The notes below the pieces were generated by a model. The model searched no databases and had not been told where the DNA came from. It saw nothing but the letters and a program-made list of their open reading frames with translations. A DNA stretch of 64,000 nt from an uncultured virus (IMG/VR IMGVR_UViG_3300047274_000159) (taxonomy: Duplodnaviria; Heunggongvirae; Uroviricota; Caudoviricetes), in IMG/VR virus record IMGVR_UViG_3300047274_000159, positions 1 through 64,000 of that record; one strand, written 5' to 3'. How positions within the stretch are numbered: the stretch's first letter is position 1; each line of letters begins with the position of its first letter. The translations under genes were made by a program, and so were the position numbers. Shown in pieces: positions 1 to 7,758 of this stretch.

Positions 1-1480
1 GATAGGTAGTGGCGCTGACTTTAAAAGGAACTACCCTATAAACATATTTTTTTGCTTTTACGTTTCGAATCCTGTCAAAATCAAGTAACTGTATTTGCAC
101 ATCTATCCGGAACCAATCTACCATACCGTCTTTGATATTTTCGCCTTTTAGACTCTTTACACAATATTCAGATGCCGAGACGATGTACTTGATTATTTCG
201 GTGATCTTTGAACCCTGAGGAAATTGTATTTCTCGCTGCTTGGGATCAATGGTCATCCTATCTCGTACGATACGACCGGTCTTTTCATCTATTATGTCAC
301 CTTCAAGTTTAAAATTATAGTTTCCGCCAGATGTCTCTGAAAATCCCATACTGGCGCTGCCTATGACTCCTTGGCCAAAAGTTCCAGCTGCGGCTTCTCT
401 GGCTTGGACTGCTATCCTCTGTGTCACAGGCTTTTTAGGATCTGCCATGGCTTTTAATACTTCGGTCGATAATCCGCCGTCTAATCCTACTTTATCCGAG
501 GCATCGATAGGAAACACTATTTCGTATAGGTCTGGTATTTCTGCTTGTTTTTTGTTAACGTTTTCTAATTGCAACTGATTCAACGCATTGATAAGACTCT
601 GCGGTCCGGAAGATAAGACTTCAGACACTTTCATTCCTGTTAATTTTAAATCTGTAGGAATATTATTAATAACATCGCTGAAACCTTGATGATGAAAAGG
701 TGCTGCTTCAACTTTATATTTGCTGCCACCCTCATTAACAGTGAACTCAGCTTTGGTAATTTTAATTGTAAAATATTTTGCCAGATCTTCTGTAGAGCCA
801 AAAACAGCGCCGCTGTCTTGATATCCTAAAAATTCTAGTTTGAGCAGATACGGAGTATCATTAAGGTAGGACGGATACCCGGCACCGATGGCCGCTGCCT
901 GTAGACTTTGTAAAAATAATCCTAATGAATAAGGTTCATAGACTTCAAAAGAAAAACTAGAAACGTTGGTATTACCCGTCTTTGCTGAGCCACCAAGCTG
1001 TGCCTGTAGTACAAAATTATCTACAAAATATTCAGGTGTTCCGTAGGCAGTGGCCACACGCTTTTCGTCAAATCTTCCTGCAGAAGAAAATACTACATTT
1101 TTTAAAGCAGACGGATTTCCTCTATAGGTAGTAGGATCATTAAACTGATTTGGTTCGAGGCAGCTCAGAGTCCATAAAGGTACATAGGAAGCGAATTGCT
1201 CTAATACATTCTCATAGGGAGGTCCTGAACCAGCAGTGGTTTTTCCCGACAAGGTTTTGTAAAGACCAAAAGTAGTTACCGCTAGGGTCTTTCCGGAATC
1301 TTGAACAACATTGTCAATGTTCTTTGGATCAATGGTTGCGGTAGCAGCAGACACCTGTCCAGTAATAGCCTGTGCATTACCTTGTAAAATATTTGGAACT
1401 GTAGGTATGTCAAGTATTGGTCTGCCAGAGGGCATCAAAAGATTGCCTACTTTCTGGCCTATGTCTCTGAATATCGACAC
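1..1480 (-). CDS. Probable baseplate hub-type structural protein, partial (runs off the left edge)
   Basis: Not in the ORF track. A GTG at 1480, immediately after the TAA of the gp53-like gene, opens a frame reading MSIFRDIGQKVGNLLMP...YENVLEQFASYVPLWTLSCLEP. It follows gp48/gp53-like baseplate genes; product inferred from context. Confidence 0.55.
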   Translation of the reverse strand, partial: MSIFRDIGQKVGNLLMPSGRPILDIPTVPNILQGNAQAITGQVSAATATIDPKNIDNVVQDSGKTLAVTTFGLYKTLSGKTTAGSGPPYENVLEQFASYVPLWTLSCLEPNQFNDPTTYRGNPSALKNVVFSSAGRFDEKRVATAYGTPEYFVDNFVLQAQLGGSAKTGNTNVSSFSFEVYEPYSLGLFLQSLQAAAIGAGYPSYLNDTPYLLKLEFLGYQDSGAVFGSTEDLAKYFTIKITKAEFTVNEGGSKYKVEAAPFHHQGFSDVINNIPTDLKLTGMKVSEVLSSGPQSLINALNQLQLENVNKKQAEIPDLYEIVFPIDASDKVGLDGGLSTEVLKAMADPKKPVTQRIAVQAREAAAGTFGQGVIGSASMGFSETSGGNYNFKLEGDIIDEKTGRIVRDRMTIDPKQREIQFPQGSKITEIIKYIVSASEYCVKSLKGENIKDGMVDWFRIDVQIQLLDFDRIRNVKAKKYVYRVVPFKVSATTY

Positions 1481-1481
1481 G

Positions 1482-1781
1482 TTAGACTCCGATAAACTTT
1501 TCTAAGTTTGATTTTTTAGGACAATATATAGTAACCCCGGGTTCAAAATCATATATGGGATCTCTAAGAACTTCCATGTTCCTTTGAACAAATACCCACC
1601 ACAGATTAGAATTACCGTATAAGTCATAGGCTAAAAGATCTGGTCTATGTTTATACTGTCCCTCTATAACGTATTGAAAATCGTCTGCCTCGGCCGGTAC
1701 TGGTCGTATAGCCAATAGTTCTAGATAAAGATTATTTTGCTTGGTTGTAAAATACGGTGATGTTTTTTTGTAGACTGCCAT
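1482..1781 (-). CDS. gp53: Baseplate wedge protein, T4 gp53-like (LysM-like)
   Basis: Motif YKHRPDLLAYDLYGNSNLWWV...N...DPIYDFEPG is typical of gp53/LysM wedge proteins. Confidence 0.75.
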   Translation of the reverse strand: MAVYKKTSPYFTTKQNNLYLELLAIRPVPAEADDFQYVIEGQYKHRPDLLAYDLYGNSNLWWVFVQRNMEVLRDPIYDFEPGVTIYCPKKSNLEKFIGV

Positions 1782-1782
1782 A

Positions 1783-2886
1783 TTATAGATATCCTACGGT
1801 TTTTCCAGCAGCATAATCATTCAGAGAGAATCTACGCAACTTTGTTCTGTTATAGATAGGCGCAACAGTAACAGAGATCGTGCTCATGATCGGCACCCAG
1901 GTGTTAGCACCGTCTAGAGAACATTTGATATAATTCACATCATCTTTGAAATCTACGCTAAAACTTTTTATGATAACCGGAACTGAATTAAAGACTCTAG
2001 CGCCATAGCCCGTGAGATTACAAATGATCGGAGGATTTCCTACATTAGGTCCTTGACCAAAAAACATCTTGGTAGCTGTTCTTAAAAAGGTGGTGCCCTG
2101 TATCCAGTACTGAGCATCTAGCTCTGTTTCAACTGAAAACTCTCCGCTGATCTGTATGTCATCTATCTGACTGTTCTTATATGCATAGAAAGGTTGTAGA
2201 TTATGTATAGGATCTATCTGGGTATAATTGGCTTTACTGGCAACGGTGATGGTAGGGAGATAAGGCCAAACAAAACCGTTGGTCGCCGACAGTCTTGAAA
2301 AGGCTGTGCCGAACAAACCAAAATTACAATTGAGTTTTACTCTCCAGTCATCGGCTGTGCCCGGTTTTACTTCGACAAACGCACCTTGCTGATTAAATAA
2401 TTCTGCACCACTAGGTAGGTTTTTTCCTCTAGCCATACTTAAAAGATTGTTTATCATTCCAGCCGCAGAAGATATGCCTGTGGCAAGTTGAGCTAGGCCG
2501 CCACCTAAACCACCACTGGCCAAACCTAATTTGTTCAAACTAGCACCTATAGCAGCTCCAGCATTGCTGACCGCTCCGGCAACCCCGCCTAGTGATCCCA
2601 AAGCACTACTTCCCCCTGTGGCGTTTGATGCTAGGCTCTGTATTGGACTTCCTACGCCCTTTAATGCTGATGCAGCATTGCCCATCATAGTATTAGCGGC
2701 TGCGGTGGCTCCGTTGAGTCCGCTGCCGATTTCGCCCGAGAGTCTTCCCACAGTGGCATCTACGTTGGCTTTAAGAGCCGAAGTATCTGCTGCTGCCAGA
2801 GATGACTGCGCAGACTGTGCTGCTGCTCCTACTTGCGACGAAACGCTGTTGACTAATTTAGCCAGAGGATTGATTGATAACGCCAT
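1783..2886 (-). CDS. Baseplate/tail-tube initiator-like protein (gp48/gp54-type) with Ala/Gly/Ser-rich N-terminus
   Basis: C-terminal tube-like domain (WPYLPTITV...GNPPIICNLTGYG...VPVIIKSFSVDF); lies upstream of the gp53-like gene; late promoter motif upstream. Confidence 0.55.
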   Translation of the reverse strand: MALSINPLAKLVNSVSSQVGAAAQSAQSSLAAADTSALKANVDATVGRLSGEIGSGLNGATAAANTMMGNAASALKGVGSPIQSLASNATGGSSALGSLGGVAGAVSNAGAAIGASLNKLGLASGGLGGGLAQLATGISSAAGMINNLLSMARGKNLPSGAELFNQQGAFVEVKPGTADDWRVKLNCNFGLFGTAFSRLSATNGFVWPYLPTITVASKANYTQIDPIHNLQPFYAYKNSQIDDIQISGEFSVETELDAQYWIQGTTFLRTATKMFFGQGPNVGNPPIICNLTGYGARVFNSVPVIIKSFSVDFKDDVNYIKCSLDGANTWVPIMSTISVTVAPIYNRTKLRRFSLNDYAAGKTVGYL

Positions 2887-2912
2887 TTTGACAAAATTTT
2901 CCTAGTTTACAC

Positions 2913-2918
2913 TATTTA
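2913..2918 (-). promoter_or_regulatory. T4-type late promoter core (TAAATA)
   Basis: TAAATA on the minus strand upstream of the baseplate operon; the same motif precedes most structural operons. Confidence 0.6.
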
Positions 2919-2967
2919 TTCTTGACAAAATGTGCTACTATATTAACTATTGGAGAATACTGAGTAT

Positions 2968-3807
2968 ATGACAGAACAAAAAATAAAATACCTAACTAAC
3001 AAAGATTTACTAAGAGAAATACATCTAAGCAAAAATACCTTCTGTACCTTTACGGATCCGATCTACGCTGATTACGATATTATTCTTCCTAATCTAGCCA
3101 AGATCAATATTAGAACCATAGCCGAAGCTAAAAGAAATAAAGCAGCTAAACTTAGTAAGCAGGCACACGAAGCGGCTCAAAAAACCGGCAAAAAATCATC
3201 AGCCAAGGAACACGAAATAGACTATAAGAAAATTTCCAAACACGATCTAGTGTTTAGAATCATGACATTCGAACATATTCCGCTGGCTCCTGGTCGTAAG
3301 AAAACTCTTAAGAATACCGCAGACAGCCACGATAAAGTAAACTTTCCTCCTTTCCAACACTGGAAGTTTGATGATAACGATAACCTAATCTGTGTAGGTA
3401 AGAGCCACTGGAAGGGAGATCTAAACACAGGATCGTTTAACAAAGAACACGGTCAGATGACCAACAATCTAGCTCGTATGTTCCTAAAACTCTGCGAACG
3501 ATATGCTACTAGAGGCAACGTTCGAGGCTACACCTACAACGACGAAATGCGTGGACAGGCTATTCTACAGTTAACTCAGATAGGCTTACAGTTCGATGAA
3601 TCTAAATCCGATAATCCTTTTGCTTATTATACCGCTGCTGTTACTAATTCATTCGTGCGAATTATCAACATCGAAAAACGCAACCAAAACATTCGAGACG
3701 ACATTCTTGAAATGAATGGTATGAACCCAAGTTGGACCAGACAAAACTCGGGCAGTGGAGCAGGTGCTGTGAATACCGCTCCTGTAGATGGTAGTGATTG
3801 GGATTGA
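2968..3807 (+). CDS. gp55: Late-transcription sigma factor, T4 gp55-like
   Basis: YLTNKDLL N-terminus, N.RGYTYNDEM, QFDESKSDNPFAYYT...NSF.RII..EK motifs; gp55-gp47-gp46 synteny. Start taken at ATG 2968 (track starts at TTG 2950). Confidence 0.85.
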   Translation: MTEQKIKYLTNKDLLREIHLSKNTFCTFTDPIYADYDIILPNLAKINIRTIAEAKRNKAAKLSKQAHEAAQKTGKKSSAKEHEIDYKKISKHDLVFRIMTFEHIPLAPGRKKTLKNTADSHDKVNFPPFQHWKFDDNDNLICVGKSHWKGDLNTGSFNKEHGQMTNNLARMFLKLCERYATRGNVRGYTYNDEMRGQAILQLTQIGLQFDESKSDNPFAYYTAAVTNSFVRIINIEKRNQNIRDDILEMNGMNPSWTRQNSGSGAGAVNTAPVDGSDWD

Positions 3808-3832
3808 TATAGTCAATTAATAGTGTTATAAT
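3804..3832 (+). promoter_or_regulatory. Sigma70-type early promoter of gp47/gp46
   Basis: TTGATA(3804-3809)-N17-TATAAT(3827-3832) with extended -10 TG; ATG 5 nt downstream. Confidence 0.7.
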
Positions 3833-3837
3833 ATATT

Positions 3838-4848
3838 ATGAATCTTTTCAAAAAAGTAGCCTGTTTTACTGACATACACTTTGGGTTGAAATCAGGTAGT
3901 CGTACTCACAATATCGATTGTGAAGAGTTTGTAAAATGGTTTTGCGAAACTGCTCGAGCAGAAGGCGCAGAAACCTGTATCTTCTTAGGTGATTGGCATC
4001 ACAATCGCAGTACCACTGACGTGAGTACTATGAACTATACTGTGTCAAACTTAGAAAGACTAAGTCAAAATTTTGAGAAAGTGTATTTTATTCTAGGAAA
4101 CCACGACTTGTTCTATAAGGACAAACGTGAAATTAACTCTATCGAGTTTATGCGGCTGTTTCCTAACATCGTTCCCATCAAAGATACACTTACTCAGGGC
4201 AATGTCACTATCATGCCCTGGCTAGTAGCCGACGAATGGAAAGATATTCCTAACATTAAAAGTCGATATATCTTTGGACATCTAGAATTACCTAGCTTTT
4301 ACATGAATGCCATGGTACAGATGCCCGATCACGGTACTATTCAACGTTCTCACTTTGTCAATCAAGACTATGTGTTTACAGGGCACTTTCACAAACGACA
4401 ACAGGCTGCTAATATCGTCTATATAGGCAATGCATTTCCGCACAATTATGCAGACGCAGGTGACGACGAGCGTGGCATGATGATCTTAGAATGGGGTGGT
4501 GTGCCAGAGTATCGAACTTGGCCCGGTCAGCCTGTTTATAGAATATACAAGTTAAGCCAGATCATCGATCGCCCAGACGAGTTACTCAAAGAAAAAATGC
4601 ACTGTCGGGTGACCATAGATCTGCCTATCACTTTCGAAGAAGCAAATTTCATCAAAGAGCAGTTTATTCCGCAGTATAATCTGCGAGAATTGATGTTGAT
4701 TCCAGAAAAAGTAGAAATTGAAACTTCACAGGTAGCGATAGATATTCAATTTGAATCAGTAGACACGATCGTTCTGAATCAGATCAATGCTATCGAAAGC
4801 GATACCTATGACAAGGGTCTATTAGTAGACATTTACAAAGAATTATGA
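3838..4848 (+). CDS. gp47: Recombination endonuclease subunit, Mre11/SbcD-like (T4 gp47)
   Basis: Metallophosphoesterase motifs DIHFG, GDWHH, GNHD, GHLE, GHFH. Confidence 0.92.
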   Translation: MNLFKKVACFTDIHFGLKSGSRTHNIDCEEFVKWFCETARAEGAETCIFLGDWHHNRSTTDVSTMNYTVSNLERLSQNFEKVYFILGNHDLFYKDKREINSIEFMRLFPNIVPIKDTLTQGNVTIMPWLVADEWKDIPNIKSRYIFGHLELPSFYMNAMVQMPDHGTIQRSHFVNQDYVFTGHFHKRQQAANIVYIGNAFPHNYADAGDDERGMMILEWGGVPEYRTWPGQPVYRIYKLSQIIDRPDELLKEKMHCRVTIDLPITFEEANFIKEQFIPQYNLRELMLIPEKVEIETSQVAIDIQFESVDTIVLNQINAIESDTYDKGLLVDIYKEL

Positions 4849-6623
4849 TCAAGATAAAGAATCTAACTGTAAGAAATTTCATGAGCGTGGGTAATCAAAC
4901 CCAGGCTATCGACTTTGACCGTGGGCAGTTGACCTTGGTCCTAGGTGAAAATTTAGATCTAGGAGGTGATGACTCTGGCGCCCGCAACGGAACAGGCAAA
5001 ACTACAATCATCAACGGACTGAGCTATGCTATCTACGGTCAAGCCCTAACCAACATCAAGCGCGATAATCTTATCAATAAGATCAACAGCAAAGGTATGT
5101 TGGTCACTGTGACCTTTGAAAAAGACGGAGTTGAGTATCACATCGAACGTGGACGCAAACCTAATCTTTTAAAATTTAGTATCAACGGAGAAGAACAGGA
5201 ACTTAAAGACCTAGACGAGTCGCAGGGAGACAGCAGAGAAACACAGAAGTCCATCGAAGAAGTGTTTTCTATGAGCCACGAGATGTTCAAACATTTAGTT
5301 GCTCTCAACACTTATACCGAACCGTTCCTTAGTATGAAGGCTGCGGATCAAAGATCTATCATTGAGCAGCTATTAGGAATCACACAGCTCAGTGAAAAAG
5401 CAGAAAACCTCAAAGAACAGATCAAACATACCAAAGATGCTATCTCAACCGAAAACACAAGGATTGAAACTGTAAAGGCATCCAACGATCGTATACAACA
5501 AAGCATCGAAGCTCTAGAGAGAAAGCAGAAGATCTGGGAAGATCAAAAAGAGTCAAGTCTTGAAAATCTAAGAAAAAGCATAGACCGTCTCAGTAACATA
5601 GACATCGATCAAGAAATACTAGATCAAAAAAATCTCTCGGATTGGTCAAAAAACAAAAAAGAGAAAGACAGTCTTACTGCATTGATCGCTAAACAGACAT
5701 CGACATTGGACAAAGAACAGCGTATGCTAGAAAAGCTAGAAAAAGAACTGGTCTTATTAGCTGAACATAAGTGCCATGCCTGCGGTCAGGACATACACGA
5801 TCATAAACATGAAGATATGGTCACTGCTAAATCCAAACAAGTCGAAGATAGTCTAGCTTTGATCAAAGAATATGAAACAGAACTAGCTACACTCAACGAA
5901 GCTCTCGGACTGCTGGGAGATCTCGGTGCATGTCCTACTGTGATTTATAACAGCCTAGAGGAAGCACTGAATCATAAGAACACTCTAGAAAGTCTAGAAA
6001 GAGACCTTAGTATCAAAGAAGCAGAATCTAATCCCTACGGTGAACAGATCGACGAGCTACGCAAAACTGCCGTACAAGAAATCGACTGGAATTCTGTCAA
6101 CGAATTGACTAGAGTTAAAGATCATCAAGAATTCCTGCATAAATTGTTGACCAACAAAGATAGTTTTGTCCGTAAGCGCATCATTGACCAGAATCTAGCA
6201 TTTTTAAATCAGCGTCTAACCTATTATCTAGACAAGATCGGACTACCCCATATCGTAGAATTCCAGAATGATCTAACTGTGACCATTACACAACTAGGAC
6301 AAGACCTAGATTTCGATAATCTGAGTCGAGGTGAACGTAATAGATTAATCCTAAGTCTAAGCTGGGCATTTAGAGATGTATGGGAAAATTTATATACCAG
6401 CATCAATCTACTGTTTATCGACGAACTAGTAGACTCGGGCATGGACGCCAGTGGTGTCGAATCAAGTATCGCTGTACTCAAGAGGATGACTAGAGAACGT
6501 GATAAGAATGTTTTCTTGATCAGCCATCGAGACGACCTGACAAATCGAGTAAATCATGTATTAAAGGTCATCAAAGAAAACGGATTTACCAGTTACAGTA
6601 ACGATGTGGAGATATTAGATTGA
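4845..6623 (+). CDS. gp46: Recombination ATPase subunit, Rad50/SbcC-like (T4 gp46)
   Basis: Walker A NGTGKTT, coiled coil with Zn-hook CHAC, signature LSRGE, Walker B LFIDE, ISH motif. Confidence 0.93.
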   Translation: MIKIKNLTVRNFMSVGNQTQAIDFDRGQLTLVLGENLDLGGDDSGARNGTGKTTIINGLSYAIYGQALTNIKRDNLINKINSKGMLVTVTFEKDGVEYHIERGRKPNLLKFSINGEEQELKDLDESQGDSRETQKSIEEVFSMSHEMFKHLVALNTYTEPFLSMKAADQRSIIEQLLGITQLSEKAENLKEQIKHTKDAISTENTRIETVKASNDRIQQSIEALERKQKIWEDQKESSLENLRKSIDRLSNIDIDQEILDQKNLSDWSKNKKEKDSLTALIAKQTSTLDKEQRMLEKLEKELVLLAEHKCHACGQDIHDHKHEDMVTAKSKQVEDSLALIKEYETELATLNEALGLLGDLGACPTVIYNSLEEALNHKNTLESLERDLSIKEAESNPYGEQIDELRKTAVQEIDWNSVNELTRVKDHQEFLHKLLTNKDSFVRKRIIDQNLAFLNQRLTYYLDKIGLPHIVEFQNDLTVTITQLGQDLDFDNLSRGERNRLILSLSWAFRDVWENLYTSINLLFIDELVDSGMDASGVESSIAVLKRMTRERDKNVFLISHRDDLTNRVNHVLKVIKENGFTSYSNDVEILD

Positions 6624-6850
6624 CCACTGAAAGTCATGATAAAATGATCGAAGCATTTCAGCAGTATTTTAAATGGCAAGATCGTTTTGAGTACAGAAAT
6701 TCAGATGAGGCAGGCATCAAAGCTAGGTATTGGCTATCAGAAATACGTAACGAGGCATCAAAAAGGCGAGTAGAAATACAAGAAAAAAGAAAGCAACGTA
6801 AGAAATCCAGAAAAGGCATGCTAGGCAGACCCCCCAAGGTAACTAAATGA
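6620..6850 (+). CDS. Small basic nucleic-acid-binding protein, Hc1 histone-like type
   Basis: F....AGIKAR..L.E......RR.EIQEK pattern resembles Hc1-family N-terminal helices; K/R-rich tail with AT-hook-like GRPPK. Confidence 0.45.
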   Translation: MTTESHDKMIEAFQQYFKWQDRFEYRNSDEAGIKARYWLSEIRNEASKRRVEIQEKRKQRKKSRKGMLGRPPKVTK

Positions 6851-7285
6851 GTGCTGTGGACATATCAAAATCAACCCGTAGAAGAAATACCCGAAGGCTA
6901 TATTGGCTTTGTTTATCTTATTACAAATCTCACCACCGGACAGAAATACATAGGCAAAAAACTAGCACAGTTTAAGCGCACAAAACCACCTCTCAAAGGC
7001 AAAAAACTTAAAAGAAGATCAGTAGTTGAAAGCGATTGGCGCGATTACTGGGGTTCTTCTGATAGGCTACAAGCAGACGTCCAAGCATTAGGTCCGGAAA
7101 ACTTCACAAGAGAAATACTTTACCTTTGCAAATCCAAGGCAGAAATGTCATATCTAGAGGCTAGAGAGCAGTTTGAACGCAGAGTTTTAGAAACAGATGA
7201 CTATTATAATGGCATTATAAACGTCAGAGTCGGCGGATCAAACATACTTAGACAGCGCCTCGAAGAACATAAAAAGGCAAAATAA
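6851..7285 (+). CDS. Single-domain GIY-YIG endonuclease
   Basis: GFVYLITNLTTGQKYIGKK, later conserved E (YLEAREQF) and YYN; no appended DNA-binding domain. Confidence 0.85.
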   Translation: MLWTYQNQPVEEIPEGYIGFVYLITNLTTGQKYIGKKLAQFKRTKPPLKGKKLKRRSVVESDWRDYWGSSDRLQADVQALGPENFTREILYLCKSKAEMSYLEAREQFERRVLETDDYYNGIINVRVGGSNILRQRLEEHKKAK

Positions 7286-7289
7286 CAGC

Positions 7290-7646
7290 GGTTTTTGGCT
7301 AGCGCAGGCCCAAATTCGTGCGCTCTATACCTGGTCAATCGTGGTCACAGGGACGGAAAACCTTGCCGCTAAGGTGCTCAACCACTACCCTTCGGGATGA
7401 AGATCGCTTGTAAGCCCTGCGATTTGGTTGTTTGAATAGGATAAAAAGGCAAAAAGAGCAGGGAAAACCTGCACGTCTACAGCAGTGATAGCGTATTGTT
7501 GTAGGCCGCCGTTGTGTAAAGACGTGGCTCGAGGTACCGGACAACCGCCTCTGTAATGCCATAACGCTGTGTGACTTGCCGAACTCGGATAATGTACTCT
7601 TGGCCCTTAGCTGGGCTAAGTGTGACCATTAAAATCTGGATAATGC
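7290..7646 (+). ncRNA. Putative large structured non-coding RNA of unknown family
   Basis: Dense nested stems with G-U pairs that work only on the + strand (e.g. 7475-7487/7494-7506, 13 bp with 4 G-U; 7599-7606/7613-7620), long-range pair 7341-7349/7621-7629, C(UUCG)G loop; no credible ORF. Ends are approximate. Confidence 0.6.
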
Positions 7647-7651
7647 TAAAC

Positions 7652-7734
7652 TTTCCGCTTCGCGGAAAAAATCCTAAGAAAGAAAAAATTGCGTTGAGCG
7701 TAAGCGAAAACGCAAAACGAGCGCAAGCTCGTTT
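7652..7734. repeat. Cluster of three inverted repeats (hairpins)
   Basis: TTTCCGC-TTC-GCGGAAA (7652-7668); TTGCGTT...GC-GTAA-GC...AACGCAA (7689-7715); AAACGAGC-GCAA-GCTCGTTT (7715-7734), the last followed by a T-rich tail and possibly a terminator. Confidence 0.75.
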
Positions 7735-7736
7735 CT

Positions 7737-7746
7737 TAAATAAATA
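7737..7746 (+). promoter_or_regulatory. Late promoter core (tandem TAAATA)
   Basis: TAAATAAATA just upstream of the 7759 ORF. Confidence 0.55.
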
Positions 7747-7758
7747 AACAATATTGGA

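Noticed and set aside
2922..2944. TTGACA upstream of gp55 as a sigma70 promoter
   Set aside because: Candidate -10 boxes (TACTAT, TATATT) are only 8-11 nt away, so spacing is non-canonical; a promoter is likely but could not be placed
7456..7480. GAGC..GGGAAAACCTGCACGT resembling group II intron domain V
   Set aside because: The lower D5 stem and domain VI are missing, there is no GUGYG 5' end or interrupted gene, and no reverse transcriptase; group I P/Q/R/S elements were also not found
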